This document shows positions 38,081 to 51,055 of a stretch of DNA of 64,000 nucleotides, one piece after another (within the stretch, counting starts at the first letter, position 1; each line of letters starts with the position of its first letter). The stretch is from Octopus sinensis (taxonomy: Eukaryota): contig NW_021833245.1 of assembly GCF_006345805.1 (NCBI RefSeq), positions 1 through 64,000 on the forward strand, read 5' to 3'. Below the pieces are notes generated by a model that ran no database searches, had not been told where the DNA came from, and was given only the letters and a program-made list of their open reading frames with translations. A program made the position numbers and the translations under genes.

Positions 38081-39556
38081 AAACAAACAAAAGATTCACA
38101 ATTTCATTTCTATCAGTGAATGTGTTCTCTGTAAATTCTATCTCATAATTTTCTCTACATTTTCCTGATGTCTTTTTCACTCTGTACAGATTCACCTTCA
38201 CATGAGTATTTCCAGGAGAAGGTTCTTGTAATGTTCCTGTTCCCTTTCATATTAATTCGTTCAAGTTGAGTTGTAATTCAGTTGCGATAGATTTCTAAAC
38301 ATCTATACCTAACTTTAACATTGCACTTATCGAAAAAATAATTGAATTGCTTGTTTCGTTTCTCTTGAAAGGTAAGGAACATCATTATCATGTGCTTTTA
38401 GCCTAATAAAGTGAATCGTAATGAAGTTTTATTCTCCTGTTTTCTTTAAAACCTATTTGTGTATCTCATGTTTTTGGCCTGGAAATTTAAAGAAATTTGT
38501 CCAAGAATATATTGAGATTAGAGTAATGCCACTGAAGACTACTACAACTAGCAGCTCTATCTAACATATAGCTCACCCCGTTTCTTCATATACTAATAAA
38601 CGTCATCGATATACTGGGGCTTAGGTCTTATTCATGAAAGTTGAGATTTTCGTTCTGCTTCGCAATCAGAATCCTCACCATCCTCCTCCACTTCCTCTTA
38701 TTGCCCTTCCCCTTATTCCTCTTCCGTCTTCTCCTCCTAATCCTCATTATCATCAAAAAATAATTGATGCAATAGAGTATACTAGCCATCTCAATATGGC
38801 TAACTCAATATGCAAATTCGCCCTGCTTCGCTTTATTGCTTTGTTTTGAAGACAGAGGTAGTGCATCTGTCCCCCCCCCACTGAATCTCAGAAATCAGAG
38901 ATATTTACACTATTGGTGTTCTTCTTGCATATTTACAAACGAATCTTTACCAATATCCTTTATATATTTTGCAAACTTTTCCCGCAAATCATAACCGGAT
39001 ATCTAAAACAGAGGACTCATTACACGTTGTAGTCTCTGATAAAAGATCTCTGTCCACTAAAAGTAAAAATAAGCGGATGGTTATAATAGAAAAAATTATC
39101 TTTTATTATTGTACTTTGACGTGATTCGGATGGATCTATGGTTAAAAAAAAACAACAACAAAGAAACGGAGGAGAGGGGTGTAAATGCAAAACACCGCAC
39201 TAGTTAGAAACATCAGACAGATACTAAAATCAGACATTTTCACTTTAAAATATGACGCAAAATTAAATAAAACACTTTGGCAATATAATTCCAGATATAT
39301 TCTGAATATAAAATAACGATGGACAGTCACACATAAATGAATTTTGACCATGTATATTTACACTGTTATTGCTGCCTAGGGTTTAACAACGCCGACAATA
39401 AAAAGTGGGAGCAAAGAAGACAGGATGTTGAATACTATAACAGAATTTCACATCTCCTATTATGTGTGCCAAAAACAAAAAAAAAAAAAAGTTTTTGCTG
39501 GTGTCGTATATATCAGAAAGTTATGAATGTCTTTTAGAAGCAGCAGTGAGTTGAAA

Positions 39557-39658
39557 GATATATAGTACTTTATCCTAGATATATAGTACTTTATCCTAGA
39601 TATATAGTATTTTATCCTAGATATATAGTACTTTATCCTAGATATATAGTACTTTATC
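39557..39658. repeat. 21-bp minisatellite (GATATATAGTACTTTATCCTA) x~5
   Basis: Direct reading. Confidence 0.95.
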
Positions 39659-40043
39659 AACCATATTCAAGCACTTTATTAAAATAAAAAGAAGCATAGC
39701 TCGACATTCAACAAAAAAGAAACGAAATAGAAAAATGTAAAAGAAAAATTTGTTTACGGTACTGTCCGAATGATTTATGTCAAACTGTTTTTTCTAATAT
39801 GTATTAGTGGCAGCATTAATAACGAGAGGTGATATCTATTCCCACTTAACGTGAATGTACTGTTCCAACATTGCAGTGAAAACATTGAGAGGATCTCAAA
39901 ATGCAAGCTTGTTCATATCACCGGCGGGAGATAAATTTCCCTCCAACTCCAGCCTCAAGATCACGTGATTTCAACTTTCCTTGATCTCATCAGCAATGGA
40001 CGCTCAACCGACAGAGATAGAGATAGAGATAGCAGCAACTCAC

Positions 40044-40113
40044 CTCCTCGTTAGTGATGTATAGAGAATCAAGGCCAGAACAGGTACTGGTATCGCAATT
40101 AGCCAATGACCTT
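40044..40113 (-). CDS. Possible internal exon, 70 nt (RSLANCDTSTCSGLDSLYITNEE or GHWLIAIPVPVLALILYTSLTR)
   Basis: Acceptor ATTCTTTTCAG and consensus donor GAG|GTGAGT; two frames open; no family recognised. Confidence 0.35.
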
Positions 40114-40120
40114 CTGAAAA

Positions 40121-40156
<36 letters not shown>

Positions 40157-40954
40157 CGACAGTATTAATGGTGAGGCAGTATTGATACTGGAGATAAAAT
40201 TTATTGCCACTTTAAACGTGTTTTCGGCACACAGAATAATTACACCTTTTTGAGAAATTTAAGTACCTCACTTTCATGTAACTATGCTAATAATGGTGTT
40301 TGTGTGTGTGCAATTGAAAAACATTAGAGGCAAAATGAAGGAGTACGGTTGGGCATTTATTTTCAATCACTACAATTGTTTCTATACAACGTAGTACTCC
40401 AGGCGTGCAGGTACTTAGTTATGCAACCGATTCCCTGCTTTATACTTAGCTGTATTACGTCAGGCGATATATAAATATTGTTTCCATAAGATTAGATTCT
40501 CGGCTTCAAGGGTATCCTGTTTGTCTCTTGTGGCCTGGAGTTAGTAGCAGCCACTGAGTTTCATGAACCGTCGGCGTATATTCAATCATTTATTTACACG
40601 CGACAGAAGCTCAAACACAAACCTAGAAGCCTGGAAGTACGTATAATATTATTACTGGAAAGCACTGGGTGAAATCTGAAAGTGGACGAGCTGTATACTG
40701 TATTGTACTACGTTCTTAACAGAATGTCGTATAACTATATATATCAAAACTTTGATGTCACGTTAGAGGCATTGGAGACCTGACTAACATTGAAATTTCT
40801 AGCAAAACACAATATTGGGCTACGAGATGTCTGTTAGCGAAATCCACATGAATGAATATGAGTAATCGAGTGCGGGCGACAGCCTTTTCGTGTTTACACA
40901 AAATGCCGGATAGAACAGCAAAGATTTTTCACATGATTTTAATGAATTCTTTAT

Positions 40955-41156
40955 TCTTTTATTCGTTTCAATCATTTGACTGTGGCCATGCTAGAGCACC
41001 ACCTTTAGTCGAACAAACCGATCCCAGGACTTATTCTCTGTAAGCCTAGTACTTATTCTATCGGTTCTTTTTACCGAACTCCTAAATTACGGGAACATAA
41101 ACACACCAAAATCTGTTGTCAAGAGATGGTGGGGGACTAATAGACATATACACACA

Positions 41157-41195
<39 letters not shown>

Positions 41196-41352
41196 CAGGC
41201 TTTCAGTTTCCATCTACCAAATACACTCACAAGGCTATAGTCGGTCTGAGGTTATAGTAGAAGACACTTGCCCAATGTGCCACACAGTGGGACTGAACCC
41301 GAAAGCATATGGTTGGTAAGCAAGCTACGTACCACACAGCCACGCTTGCACC
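40955..41352 (-). mobile_element. SINE family B, near full length
   Basis: Family 3' end, internal (TA)n and head CCACACAGCCAC. Confidence 0.85.
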
Positions 41353-41754
41353 TATGTTTACGATCTCTTATAGTTTTAACGATGAGCTTTCATTGATTAA
41401 GTGCGCTATCAACGCCGAAGTGAGGTACATGTACTTTTTAGTTAATTATCTGACCAAAATCAGGATGACAATTTAGAGACGAGGATCAACTTCTGTATTA
41501 CATGGCTAATCCATCCAACGGCTTCTACTTCTGTTGTTTTGAATGCAAAAAAAAAGTGAAATAATTGATATGGCAATGTCTGCGAATATTAGTATTGGAA
41601 TAATGAAAGAAAATAATAAAAAGTGAGACAAAGAGATACATCGGTATCTCAAGCGAGAAATTGCAAATACGTGGTTACGAAAGAAAATGGATGTAATATA
41701 AACAGTGACTGAATTTCATGGAATGATATCTAATAAATCAGACGAAAGAGAAAA

Positions 41755-41762
41755 CTATAGTA

Positions 41763-41804
<42 letters not shown>

Positions 41805-42050
41805 GTAGTAGTAGTAGTAGTATTAATAATAATGATAATAATAGTATTAGTAGTAGTAGTAATAATAATAATAATAATGATAATAGTAATAGTAGTATTA
41901 ATAATAATGATGATAATAATAGTAGTAGTAATAATAATAATAATGATGATAATAATAGTAATAGTAGTAGTAATAATACTAATGATGATGATAATAGTAG
42001 AAGTAATAACACTAATGATGTTGATAATAGTAATAGAAGAAGAAGAAGAA
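41755..42050. repeat. (AAT/AGT/GAT)n microsatellite
   Basis: Direct reading. Confidence 0.95.
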
Positions 42051-42195
42051 GAACACATAGAATTCTTTCAATACATGGAAAATTCGAGGACCACAACAAA
42101 CCACAGCATATAACCAAGGCATACAGAGCTGCGCTCGGTCGTACAGTAAAAGCATGCCATAAAAATAAGACAACTGAATAATAATAATAATTATA
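42050..42195 (+). mobile_element. R4/Dong-like LINE 3' tail ending in (AAT)n (duplicated at 43525-43670)
   Basis: ...CCAAGGCATACAGAGCTGCGCTCGG...AAAAATAAGACAACTGAATAATAAT is homologous to the 3' UTR at 47340-47430. Confidence 0.7.
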
Positions 42196-42287
42196 ATAAT
42201 ATATGAATAATATCTCCAGTTGGTGTATTAATATGACAGTACCGGTAATTCTAAAAGCTAACTCAGTTTTCTGCCTTCTGTCTTTAG

Positions 42288-42332
42288 GCAGCCAACACAT
42301 TCTGTGCAGTGGTGTGGTAGGGAAAGGTGCTG
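42288..42332 (+). CDS. Possible 45-nt exon (SQHILCSGVVGKGA or QPTHSVQWCGRERC), copy 1
   Basis: Branch-like GCTAAC, polypyrimidine TTTTCTGCCTTCTGTCTTTAG and donor CTG|GTGAGT; length is a multiple of 3. Confidence 0.35.
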
Positions 42333-42759
42333 GTGAGTGAAATGTGTAATTTTAAAAAAAACTTTTTCTTTTTTCTCCGTTGTTTAGCCCGTCTGTAAAT
42401 CTTTCACGGAATTAGTTGAAGGGAAATGCGAAGTACGAGAGAAAAAGAGGGAGAAAGAAAAAGGAGAGAGAAAAAAGAGGCTAAAACGAAGAGTGAGGAG
42501 AAAGAGTGAATGTGCTGTGTATTAAGTCTATAAAATTGTGCATAAATTATGTAGAGACTATATATAATGTGTATATATCAATTGCATTATGTAAGTGTAT
42601 ATATAAATTGCTTATAGGTATATATATAAATTGCATCGATCTCGAATAAGTTTACCATCAATTCTGTGATATATCCACGGGTCCTGCTAGTAATAATAAT
42701 AATAATAATAATTTAAAAAATAATAATAACAACAATAATAATAGTAATGATACTAATAA

Positions 42760-45560
42760 TAGTTATGATAATAATGATAATAATGATAGTAATGATAATA
42801 ATGTTAGTATGATAATAATGTTAGTAATGAAAATAATGTTAGTAATGATAATAATGTTAGTAATGATAATAATTTAGTAATGATAATAATGATAGTAATG
42901 ATAATAATGTAGTAATGATAATAATGTTAGTAATGATAATAATGTTAGTAATGATAATAATGATAATAATGATAATAATGTTAGTAATGATAATAATGTA
43001 GTAATGATAATAATGTTAGTAATGATAATAATGATAGTTATGATAATAATGATAGTAATGATAATAATGATAGTAATGATAATAATGTTAGTAATGATAA
43101 TAATGTTAGTAATGATAATAATGTTAGTAATGATAATAATGTTAGTAATGATAATAATGATAGTAATGATAATAATGATAGTAATGATATAATGTTAGTA
43201 ATGATAATAATGTTAGTAATGATAATAATGTTAGTAATGATAATAATGATAATAATGATAATAATGTTAGTAATGATAATAATGTTAGTAATGATAATAA
43301 TGTTAGTATGATAATAATGTTAGTAATGATAATAATGTTAGTAATGATAATAATGATATAGTAATAGTAGTATTAATAATATGATGATAATAATAGTAGT
43401 AGTAATAATAATAATAATGATGATAATAATAGTAATAGTAGTAGTAATAATACTAATGATGATGATAATAGTAGAAGTAATAACACTAATGATGTTGATA
43501 ATAGTAATAGAAGAAGAAGAAGAAGAACACATAGAATTCTTTCAATACATGGAAAATTCGAGGACCACAACAAACCACAGCATATAACCAAGGCATACAG
43601 AGCTGCGCTCGGTCGTACAGTAAAAGCATGCCATAAAAATAAGACAACTGAATAATAATAATAATTATAATAATATATGAATAATATCTCCAGTTGGTGT
43701 ATTAATATGACAGTACCGGTAATTCTAAAAGCTAACTCAGTTTTCTGCCTTCTGTCTTTAGGCAGCCAACACATTCTGTGCAGTGGTGTGGTAGGGAAAG
43801 GTGCTGGTGAGTGAAATGTGTAATTTTTAAAAAAAACTTTTTCTTTTTTCTCCGTTGTTTAGCCCGTCTGTAAATCTTTCACGGAATTAGTTGAAGGGAA
43901 ATGCGAAGTACGAGAGAAAAAGAGGGAGAAAGAAAAAGGAGAGAGAAAAAAGAGGCTAAAACGAAGAGTGAGGGAGAAAGAGTGAATGTGCTGTGTATTA
44001 AGTCTATAAAATTGTGCATAAATTATGTAGAGACTATATATAATGTGTATATATCAATTGCATTATGTAAGTGTATATATAAATTGCTTATAGGTATATA
44101 TATAAATTGCATCGATCTCGAATAAGTTTACCATCAATTCTGTGATATATCCACGGGTCCTGCTAGTAATAATAAATAATAATAATAATTTAAAAAATAA
44201 TAATAACAACAATAATAATAGTAATGATACTAATAATAGTTATGATAATAATGATAATAATGATAGTAATGATAATAATGTTAGTAATGATAATAATGTT
44301 AGTAATGAAAATAATGTTAGTAATGATAATAATGTTAGTAATGATAATAATGTTAGTAATGATAATAATGATAGTAATGATAATAATGTTAGTAATGATA
44401 ATAATGTTAGTAATGATAATAATGTTAGTAATGATAATAATGATAATAATGATAATAATGTTAGTAATGATAATAATGTTAGTAATGATAATAATGTTAG
44501 TAATGATAATAATGATAGTTATGATAATAATGATAGTAATGATAATAATGATAGTAATGATAATAATGTTAGTAATGATAATAATGTTAGTAATGATAAT
44601 AATGTTAGTAATGATAATAATGTTAGTAATGATAATAATGATAGTAATGATAATAATGATAGTAATGATAATAATGTTAGTAATGATAATAATGTTAGTA
44701 ATGATAATAATGTTAGTAATGATAATAATGATAATAATGATAATAATGTTAGTAATGATAATAATGTTAGTAATGATAATAATGATAATAATGATAGTAA
44801 TGATAATAATGATAGTAATGATAAAATGTTAGTAATGATAATAATGTTAGTAATGATAATAATGTTAGTAATGATAATAATGATAATAATGATAATAATG
44901 TTAGTAATGATAATAATGTTAGTAATGATAATAATGTTAGTAATGATAATAATGTAGTAATGATAATAATGTTAGTAATGATAATAATGATAGTAATGAT
45001 AATAATGTTAGTAATGATAATAGTTAGTAATGATAATAATGATAGTAATGATAATAATGATAGTAATGATAATAATGATAGTAATGATAATAATGTTAGT
45101 AATGATAATAATGTTAGTAATGATAATAATTAGTAATGATAATAATGTTAGTAATGATAATAATGTTAGTAATGATAATAATTTAGTAATGATAATAATG
45201 TTAGTAATGCTAATAATGTTAGTAATGATAATAATGTTAGTAATGATAATAATGTTAGTAATGATAATAATGATAGTAATGATAATAATGTTAGTAATGA
45301 TAATAATGTTAGTAATGATAATAATGTTAGTAATGATAATAATGTTAGTAATGATAATAATGTTAGTAATGATAATAATGTTAGTAATGATAATAATGAT
45401 AGTAATGATAATAATGTTAGTAATGATAATAATGTTAGTAATGATAATAATGTTAGTAATGATAATAATGTTAGTAATGATAATAATGATAGTAATGATA
45501 ATAATGTTAGTAATGATAATAATGTTAGTAATGATAATAATGTTAGTAATGATAATAATG
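42760..45560. repeat. 18-bp minisatellite AATGATAATAATG(T/A)TAGT in two blocks (42760-43360, 44230-45560)
   Basis: Direct reading; the source of the (VMIIML)n and (SNDNNV)n ORFs. Confidence 0.95.
43762..43806 (+). CDS. Possible 45-nt exon, copy 2 (identical)
   Basis: Same splice signals as 42288-42332. Confidence 0.3.
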
Positions 45561-45879
45561 ATAGTAATGATAATAATAATAATGATGATAATAATAATAA
45601 TGATGATAATAATAATGATGATAATAATAATAATGATGATAATAATAATGATGATAATAATATTAATAGCAATGATAATAATAGTAATAATAATAATAGT
45701 AATAATAATAGTAATAATAATAATAGTAGTAATAATAATAATAGTAATAATAATAAAAATAATAATAATAATGATGATAATAATATTAATAGTAATCATA
45801 ATAATAGTAATAATAATAATAGTAATAATAATAGTTATAATAATAATAGTAGTAATAATAATAATAGTAATAATAATAA

Positions 45880-48800
45880 TAATAATAATCCTTTCTACTA
45901 ATCCGACAGGGGATTCCGGCGACTGCAGCGGAATATGAACTGAGAACGTAGAAACGGATAAATGCCGGATAAACAGTTTTTCCAGCGTGCTAACGATTCT
46001 GCCAACTCGCCAGCTTGATGATAATAATAATAATAATAATAATAATATTTTTAATTGGTATTTGACTGCATGGCATTGGAAACTAGCGTAAGTTTCTTTT
46101 TAAAGTATCCAAATACAGTGCTCCAGCATGGCCACAGTCAAATGACTGAAACAAATAAAAGAGTCTGTGTTATTTTAAAAAGATAACCAGTGCTTGTGAA
46201 GAACTTTAGCATTGAAAACCGAAAAACTAAAAGAATGAAATACACCGATTCCATTCATCGAATGGAATTTCACACATAACTTTTAAACACCGTTGAACCG
46301 CATTTTAACTTGCAATAAATTGTTTTTAATAGCTATTTTTCAAACCTGTATTGTGGTCCCTTTTGTCGTAATTCTTTGCCGGTTTTTTCAGTGTTAGTGT
46401 TGCTGCTATTTTTAATATATTTTAATGGGAGATAGTTATTGTTTTCGTAAAGCTCTGATTAATATTGTAAGAGGCAAAAGCAACCCCAGATAGCAAAGTG
46501 GACACCATTATACCAGTAAATGGGCTTTAAACGAATCGGCCACTTTGAAATGAATATGAATTATTAGATGCTCATCGATGATTGATATTCAATTAGCATC
46601 TCTATCGACACCTCAAATTTAATCAGTCGAACCTTTGGAAGTAAACAAAAACAATAAAAAAAATGAATAAATAAGATTAGAAAGGATATTCTTCGGTAAT
46701 ATGAGAGCGACTGATTTAGTTGTTCTATGTTTAGTTTTAAAATTAATTACATGAAAACAAATTTAAATATTTAAGTAATTATGTCTTTCTAAAATAGATA
46801 AAGACACAGATTTCAAAACATTGTTAGTAATTTATGTTATCGAGCTAAGAACAAAATAAAAAAAATTTAAAAGAAAAGAGAAAAGACCTAATTGACTTCC
46901 ATAGGATTTTAATTCTGGAATTCAATAGCAGCCGAAAGAAATAAAGCAAAATGAAAAACTGCAATGTTGCATACCGCAAGAATCCTATGTAAAATTCTTT
47001 AGATTTGAAAATCCGTGTAGTCATGATACCTATATTGTACCTGCTAACTATTATAACATAATAACACTACTACTACTAATAATAATAATAACGATAATAA
47101 TAAAAGCATAGAAATAGAGGTAACCAGAATGTGGAATCTAAAAAACAGAAACTATCGCTATCTTTGTAGGCGCATTAGGTATGATAAAAAATATTCAGAC
47201 AAATACATAAGAAAAACACCAAGACTTACAAATATATATATAACATACAGAAAATTGCACTACTAGGCACTGCACACATCCTACGCAAAACACTTCAATA
47301 CAGCAACCATCAGAGCATCCCAACAAATCACATCACATACCCAAGGCACACAGAGCTGTGATCGGTAATGAAGTGAAAGCACGTTATAAAAATAAAAGTA
47401 CTACATAATAATAATAATAATATAATAATAATAATAATAAATAATAATAATAATAATCCTTTCTACTAATCCGACAGGGGATTCCGGCGACTGCAGCGGA
47501 ATATGAACTGAGAACGTAGAAACGGATAAATGCCGGATAAACAGTTTTTCCAGCGTGCTAACGATTCTGCCAACTCGCCAGCTTGATGATAATAATAATA
47601 ATAATAATAATAATATTTTTAATTGGTATTTGACTGCATGGCATTGGAAACTAGCGTAAGTTTCTTTTTTAAAGTATCCAAATACAGTGCTCCAGCATGG
47701 CCACAGTCAAATGACTGAAACAAATAAAAGAGTCTGTGTTATTTTAAAAAGATAACCAGTGCTTGTGAAGAACTTTAGCATTGAAAACCGAAAAACTAAA
47801 AGAATGAAATACACCGATTCCATTCATCGAATGGAATTTCACACATAACTTTTAAACACCGTTGAACCGCATTTTAACTTGCAATAAATTGTTTTTAATA
47901 GCTATTTTTCAAACCTGTATTGTGGTCCCTTTTGTCGTAATTCTTTGCCGGTTTTTTCAGTGTTAGTGTTGCTGCTATTTTTAATATATTTTAATGGGAG
48001 ATAGTTATTGTTTTCGTAAAGCTCTGATTAATATTGTAAGAGGCAAAAGCAACCCCAGATAGCAAAGTGGACACCATTATACCAGTAAATGGGCTTTAAA
48101 CGAATCGGCCACTTTGAAATGAATATGAATTATTAGATGCTCATCGATGATTGATATTCAATTAGCATCTCTATCGACACCTCAAATTTAATCAGTCGAA
48201 CCTTTGGAAGTAAACAAAAACAATAAAAAAAATGAATAAATAAGATTAGAAAGGATATTCTTCGGTAATATGAGAGCGACTGATTTAGTTGTTCTATGTT
48301 TAGTTTTAAAATTAATTACATGAAAACAAATTTAAATATTTAAGTAATTATGTCTTTCTAAAATAGATAAAGACACAGATTTCAAAACATTGTTAGTAAT
48401 TTATGTTATCGAGCTAAGAACAAAATAAAAAAAATTTAAAAGAAAAGAGAAAAGACCTAATTGACTTCCATAGGATTTTAATTCTGGAATTCAATAGCAG
48501 CCGAAAGAAATAAAGCAAAATGAAAAACTGCAATGTTGCATACCGCAAGAATCCTATGTAAAATTCTTTAGATTTGAAAATCCGTGTAGTCATGATACCT
48601 ATATTGTACCTGCTAACTATTATAACATAATAACACTACTACTACTACTAATAATAATAACGATAATAATAAAAGCATAGAAATAGAGGTAACCAGAATG
48701 TGGAATCTAAAAAACAGAAACTATCGCTATCTTTGTAGGCGCATTAGGTATGATAAAAAATATTCAGACAAATACATAAGAAAAACACCAAGACTTACAA

Positions 48801-48974
48801 ATATATATATAACATACAGAAAATTGCGCTACTAGGCACTGCACACATCCTACGCAAAACACTTTCAATACAGCAACCATCAGAGCATCCCAACAAATCA
48901 CATCACATACCCAAGGCACACAGAGCTGTGATCGGTAATGAAGTGAAAGCACGTTATAAAAATAAAAGTACTAC

Positions 48975-49012
<38 letters not shown>

Positions 49013-49018
49013 TAATAA
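45880..49018. repeat. Near-identical tandem duplication, ~1570-bp unit
   Basis: ATAATCCTTTCTACTAATCCGACAGG at ~45885 and ~47454; differences seen are homopolymer/microsatellite length changes and one substitution; breakpoints lie in (AAT)n. Confidence 0.9.
47101..47456 (+). mobile_element. R4/Dong-like LINE 3' end (restriction-like endonuclease C-terminus, 3' UTR, (AAT)n); duplicated at 48671-49018
   Basis: Translates, with frameshifts, as IEVTRMWNLK...VGALGMIK...NIQKIALLGTAHILRKTL, the conserved C-terminus of R4-clade elements (established knowledge). Confidence 0.85.
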
Positions 49019-49029
49019 TTTGTGTGCTA

Positions 49030-49800
49030 TGGGCAAGCCAACATAAAAAGAATTCTAACTGAACCTCACCTGCAAGGTCATGCCATGTTTATCTTGATAT
49101 GAGGTCACCATGTGACGGATATATGGTTGTGATGCATGTGCCTGGTGTACCCTTATCAGACATGTAGTCATGATGTGTATATTGGGCTTCGTATATTTGT
49201 TCCCCAGTGTCACTTGGATGGCATTCGCTGCTTTCTCACGCAATAATAATAATAGTAGTAATAAAAATAATAATAATAACAATCTGATGAGGATACACTA
49301 GGCACATGCATCTTGGTATAAAAGATGGGCTACAGCAAATATTCTGCTCAATACCACAGATTTGCTTGTCAGTTTGACCTTAACCAGTTGAGCATGTCCC
49401 TTGGTGTCTGACGATATGTGCATCTCTGATTACGAGCAGAAGTATTTGGGGAGTATCATATCCATGTGTTGAGAGGGATTCTTTGGGGTTTGAATAATTC
49501 ACCTCTGGAAACATCGGCGTTTCGTTCAACATCCTTAAACCACCCTTGTTCAGGGACCTTTTGAGCAGGATGGGTTACTCAACCAGAAGAAAATTCTAAT
49601 TGGGCCCCACCTGCAATGTCATGCGCTGTTTATCTTAATATGAGATCACCATGTTGCGCACATGCGGTTGTGATGCATGGGCCAGGTTTACCCTTATCAG
49701 AGGGTAGTCCTGGTGGGTATACTGGGCTTCGTATATTTTACCCCAGCGTCACTTTGATGGCATGCACTGCTCTCTCACTCAATAATAATAATAATAATAA
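49030..49800 (+). mobile_element. Two copies (49030-49245 short, 49285-49800 long) of an (AAT)n-tailed interspersed repeat, probably a non-LTR 3' region
   Basis: Shared ...AATTCTAA...CACCTGCAA.GTCATGC...CCCTTATCAGA...GGATGGCAT...CTCTCAC.CAATAATAAT; each copy is flanked by (AAT)n. Confidence 0.65.
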
Positions 49801-50626
49801 TGCTAAAATTATCGATACCATTAATGATAGGAAACCTGTTTCGGATAATTACAACGACGCTTGTATTGTGGTCTTTTATATTTACACTTTCTCCGATATA
49901 CTAAATCTACGATCAAACAAATTTGAATTATGACCATCCTGTTTTAAGAAGTCATTGCTTTACTTTGAATAATGCCATTTAATGTATCATTGACCAAACT
50001 GAGTCGGTGGGTGGTGGACTTTGATTGATTCGGTTGATACTGTTCGAAGATAAAAGTGGCATGTAACAGTAACGTCATTGAACGTCGGTTCTTATGATAG
50101 GAATCCGTTATTGATCAATATCTTAAAAGAAGTTAACATTCTTAATTTAATTAGAAACTAATAATGAAAGGTAACAAAAAAATATAGGAAAATACAAAAA
50201 TAAACAAAAGATAAAAATTACAATAACCGACACTCTCAGTCCTATGGATGATCCACCTTTCCAGCATTTTAGAAGTGTGTTGTGATTTAAGACACAACGA
50301 TTCCTCATATAGGAGACACATTCCATCATTACGTCATAATGTGCTTCTTTTGGTCCGTACAATTATATATATATGTATATATATATAAATTGAGATAGGG
50401 GTTGTGAGTGTAACCCTCTATGGGATACCATATATCCAATATACTGCCAGTAAAGCACCCAATAAAGTTAATACATAAATGCTAAGAGTTGCGATGCAAT
50501 TAATTCATTTATTGTATTATATGGGCGAAGGTAAAATGTTTTACCTCAAATTTATAATACAAAATAAGAAAATGGAGGAATACACTTTAATCAATAATCA
50601 ACTACCAGATAATACCCATTCACAAA

Positions 50627-50666
<40 letters not shown>

Positions 50667-51055
50667 TGGATACCTCTTTTGGATTCAGCATATCAAAAGA
50701 CCTTCAAATCAGGTAAAAATCTTCTGACAGCAAAATACCTGCTGGGTTGTGTTATTGGTTAAACAGAACAGCTGAAGCTTTTTAAAAAGGTTGAAAGGAA
50801 AGCATTGGCGGTTTAAGGGGTTTAAATTTGAAACCGGAGAGCTCCGACGTTTCCGTTTAACGATATTCACTACCTTTTGATACCATCAGGGAGCAAACAC
50901 TCCGCGTAACTCTTATCAGTAACGGTCAGTGGTTTTCACAGACGTTTTGATATTGATTACAGAGTTATTATTAATAAACATATCTGTCCCCAGACAGACA
51001 TCCATATATCATAGCTGCACCCTCGTTACACAAGAGAAGTCATTGCCAAAAGGGC

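Larger units (their letters stand above)
41960..44900. repeat. Near-identical tandem duplication, ~1475-bp unit
   Basis: ACACATAGAATTCTTTC at ~42052 and ~43527; the unique parts appear to differ only by homopolymer indels. Confidence 0.9.

Noticed and set aside
40044-40113. CGRP/calcitonin-like peptide (ANCDTSTC vs ACDTATC)
   Set aside because: The similarity is limited to a 6-7 residue Cys motif, with no dibasic cleavage site, amidation signal or precursor context.
44142-45938. 200-300-aa ORFs (SNDNNV)n, (VMIIML)n and poly-I/L
   Set aside because: They are direct translations of the 18-bp AAT-derived minisatellite.
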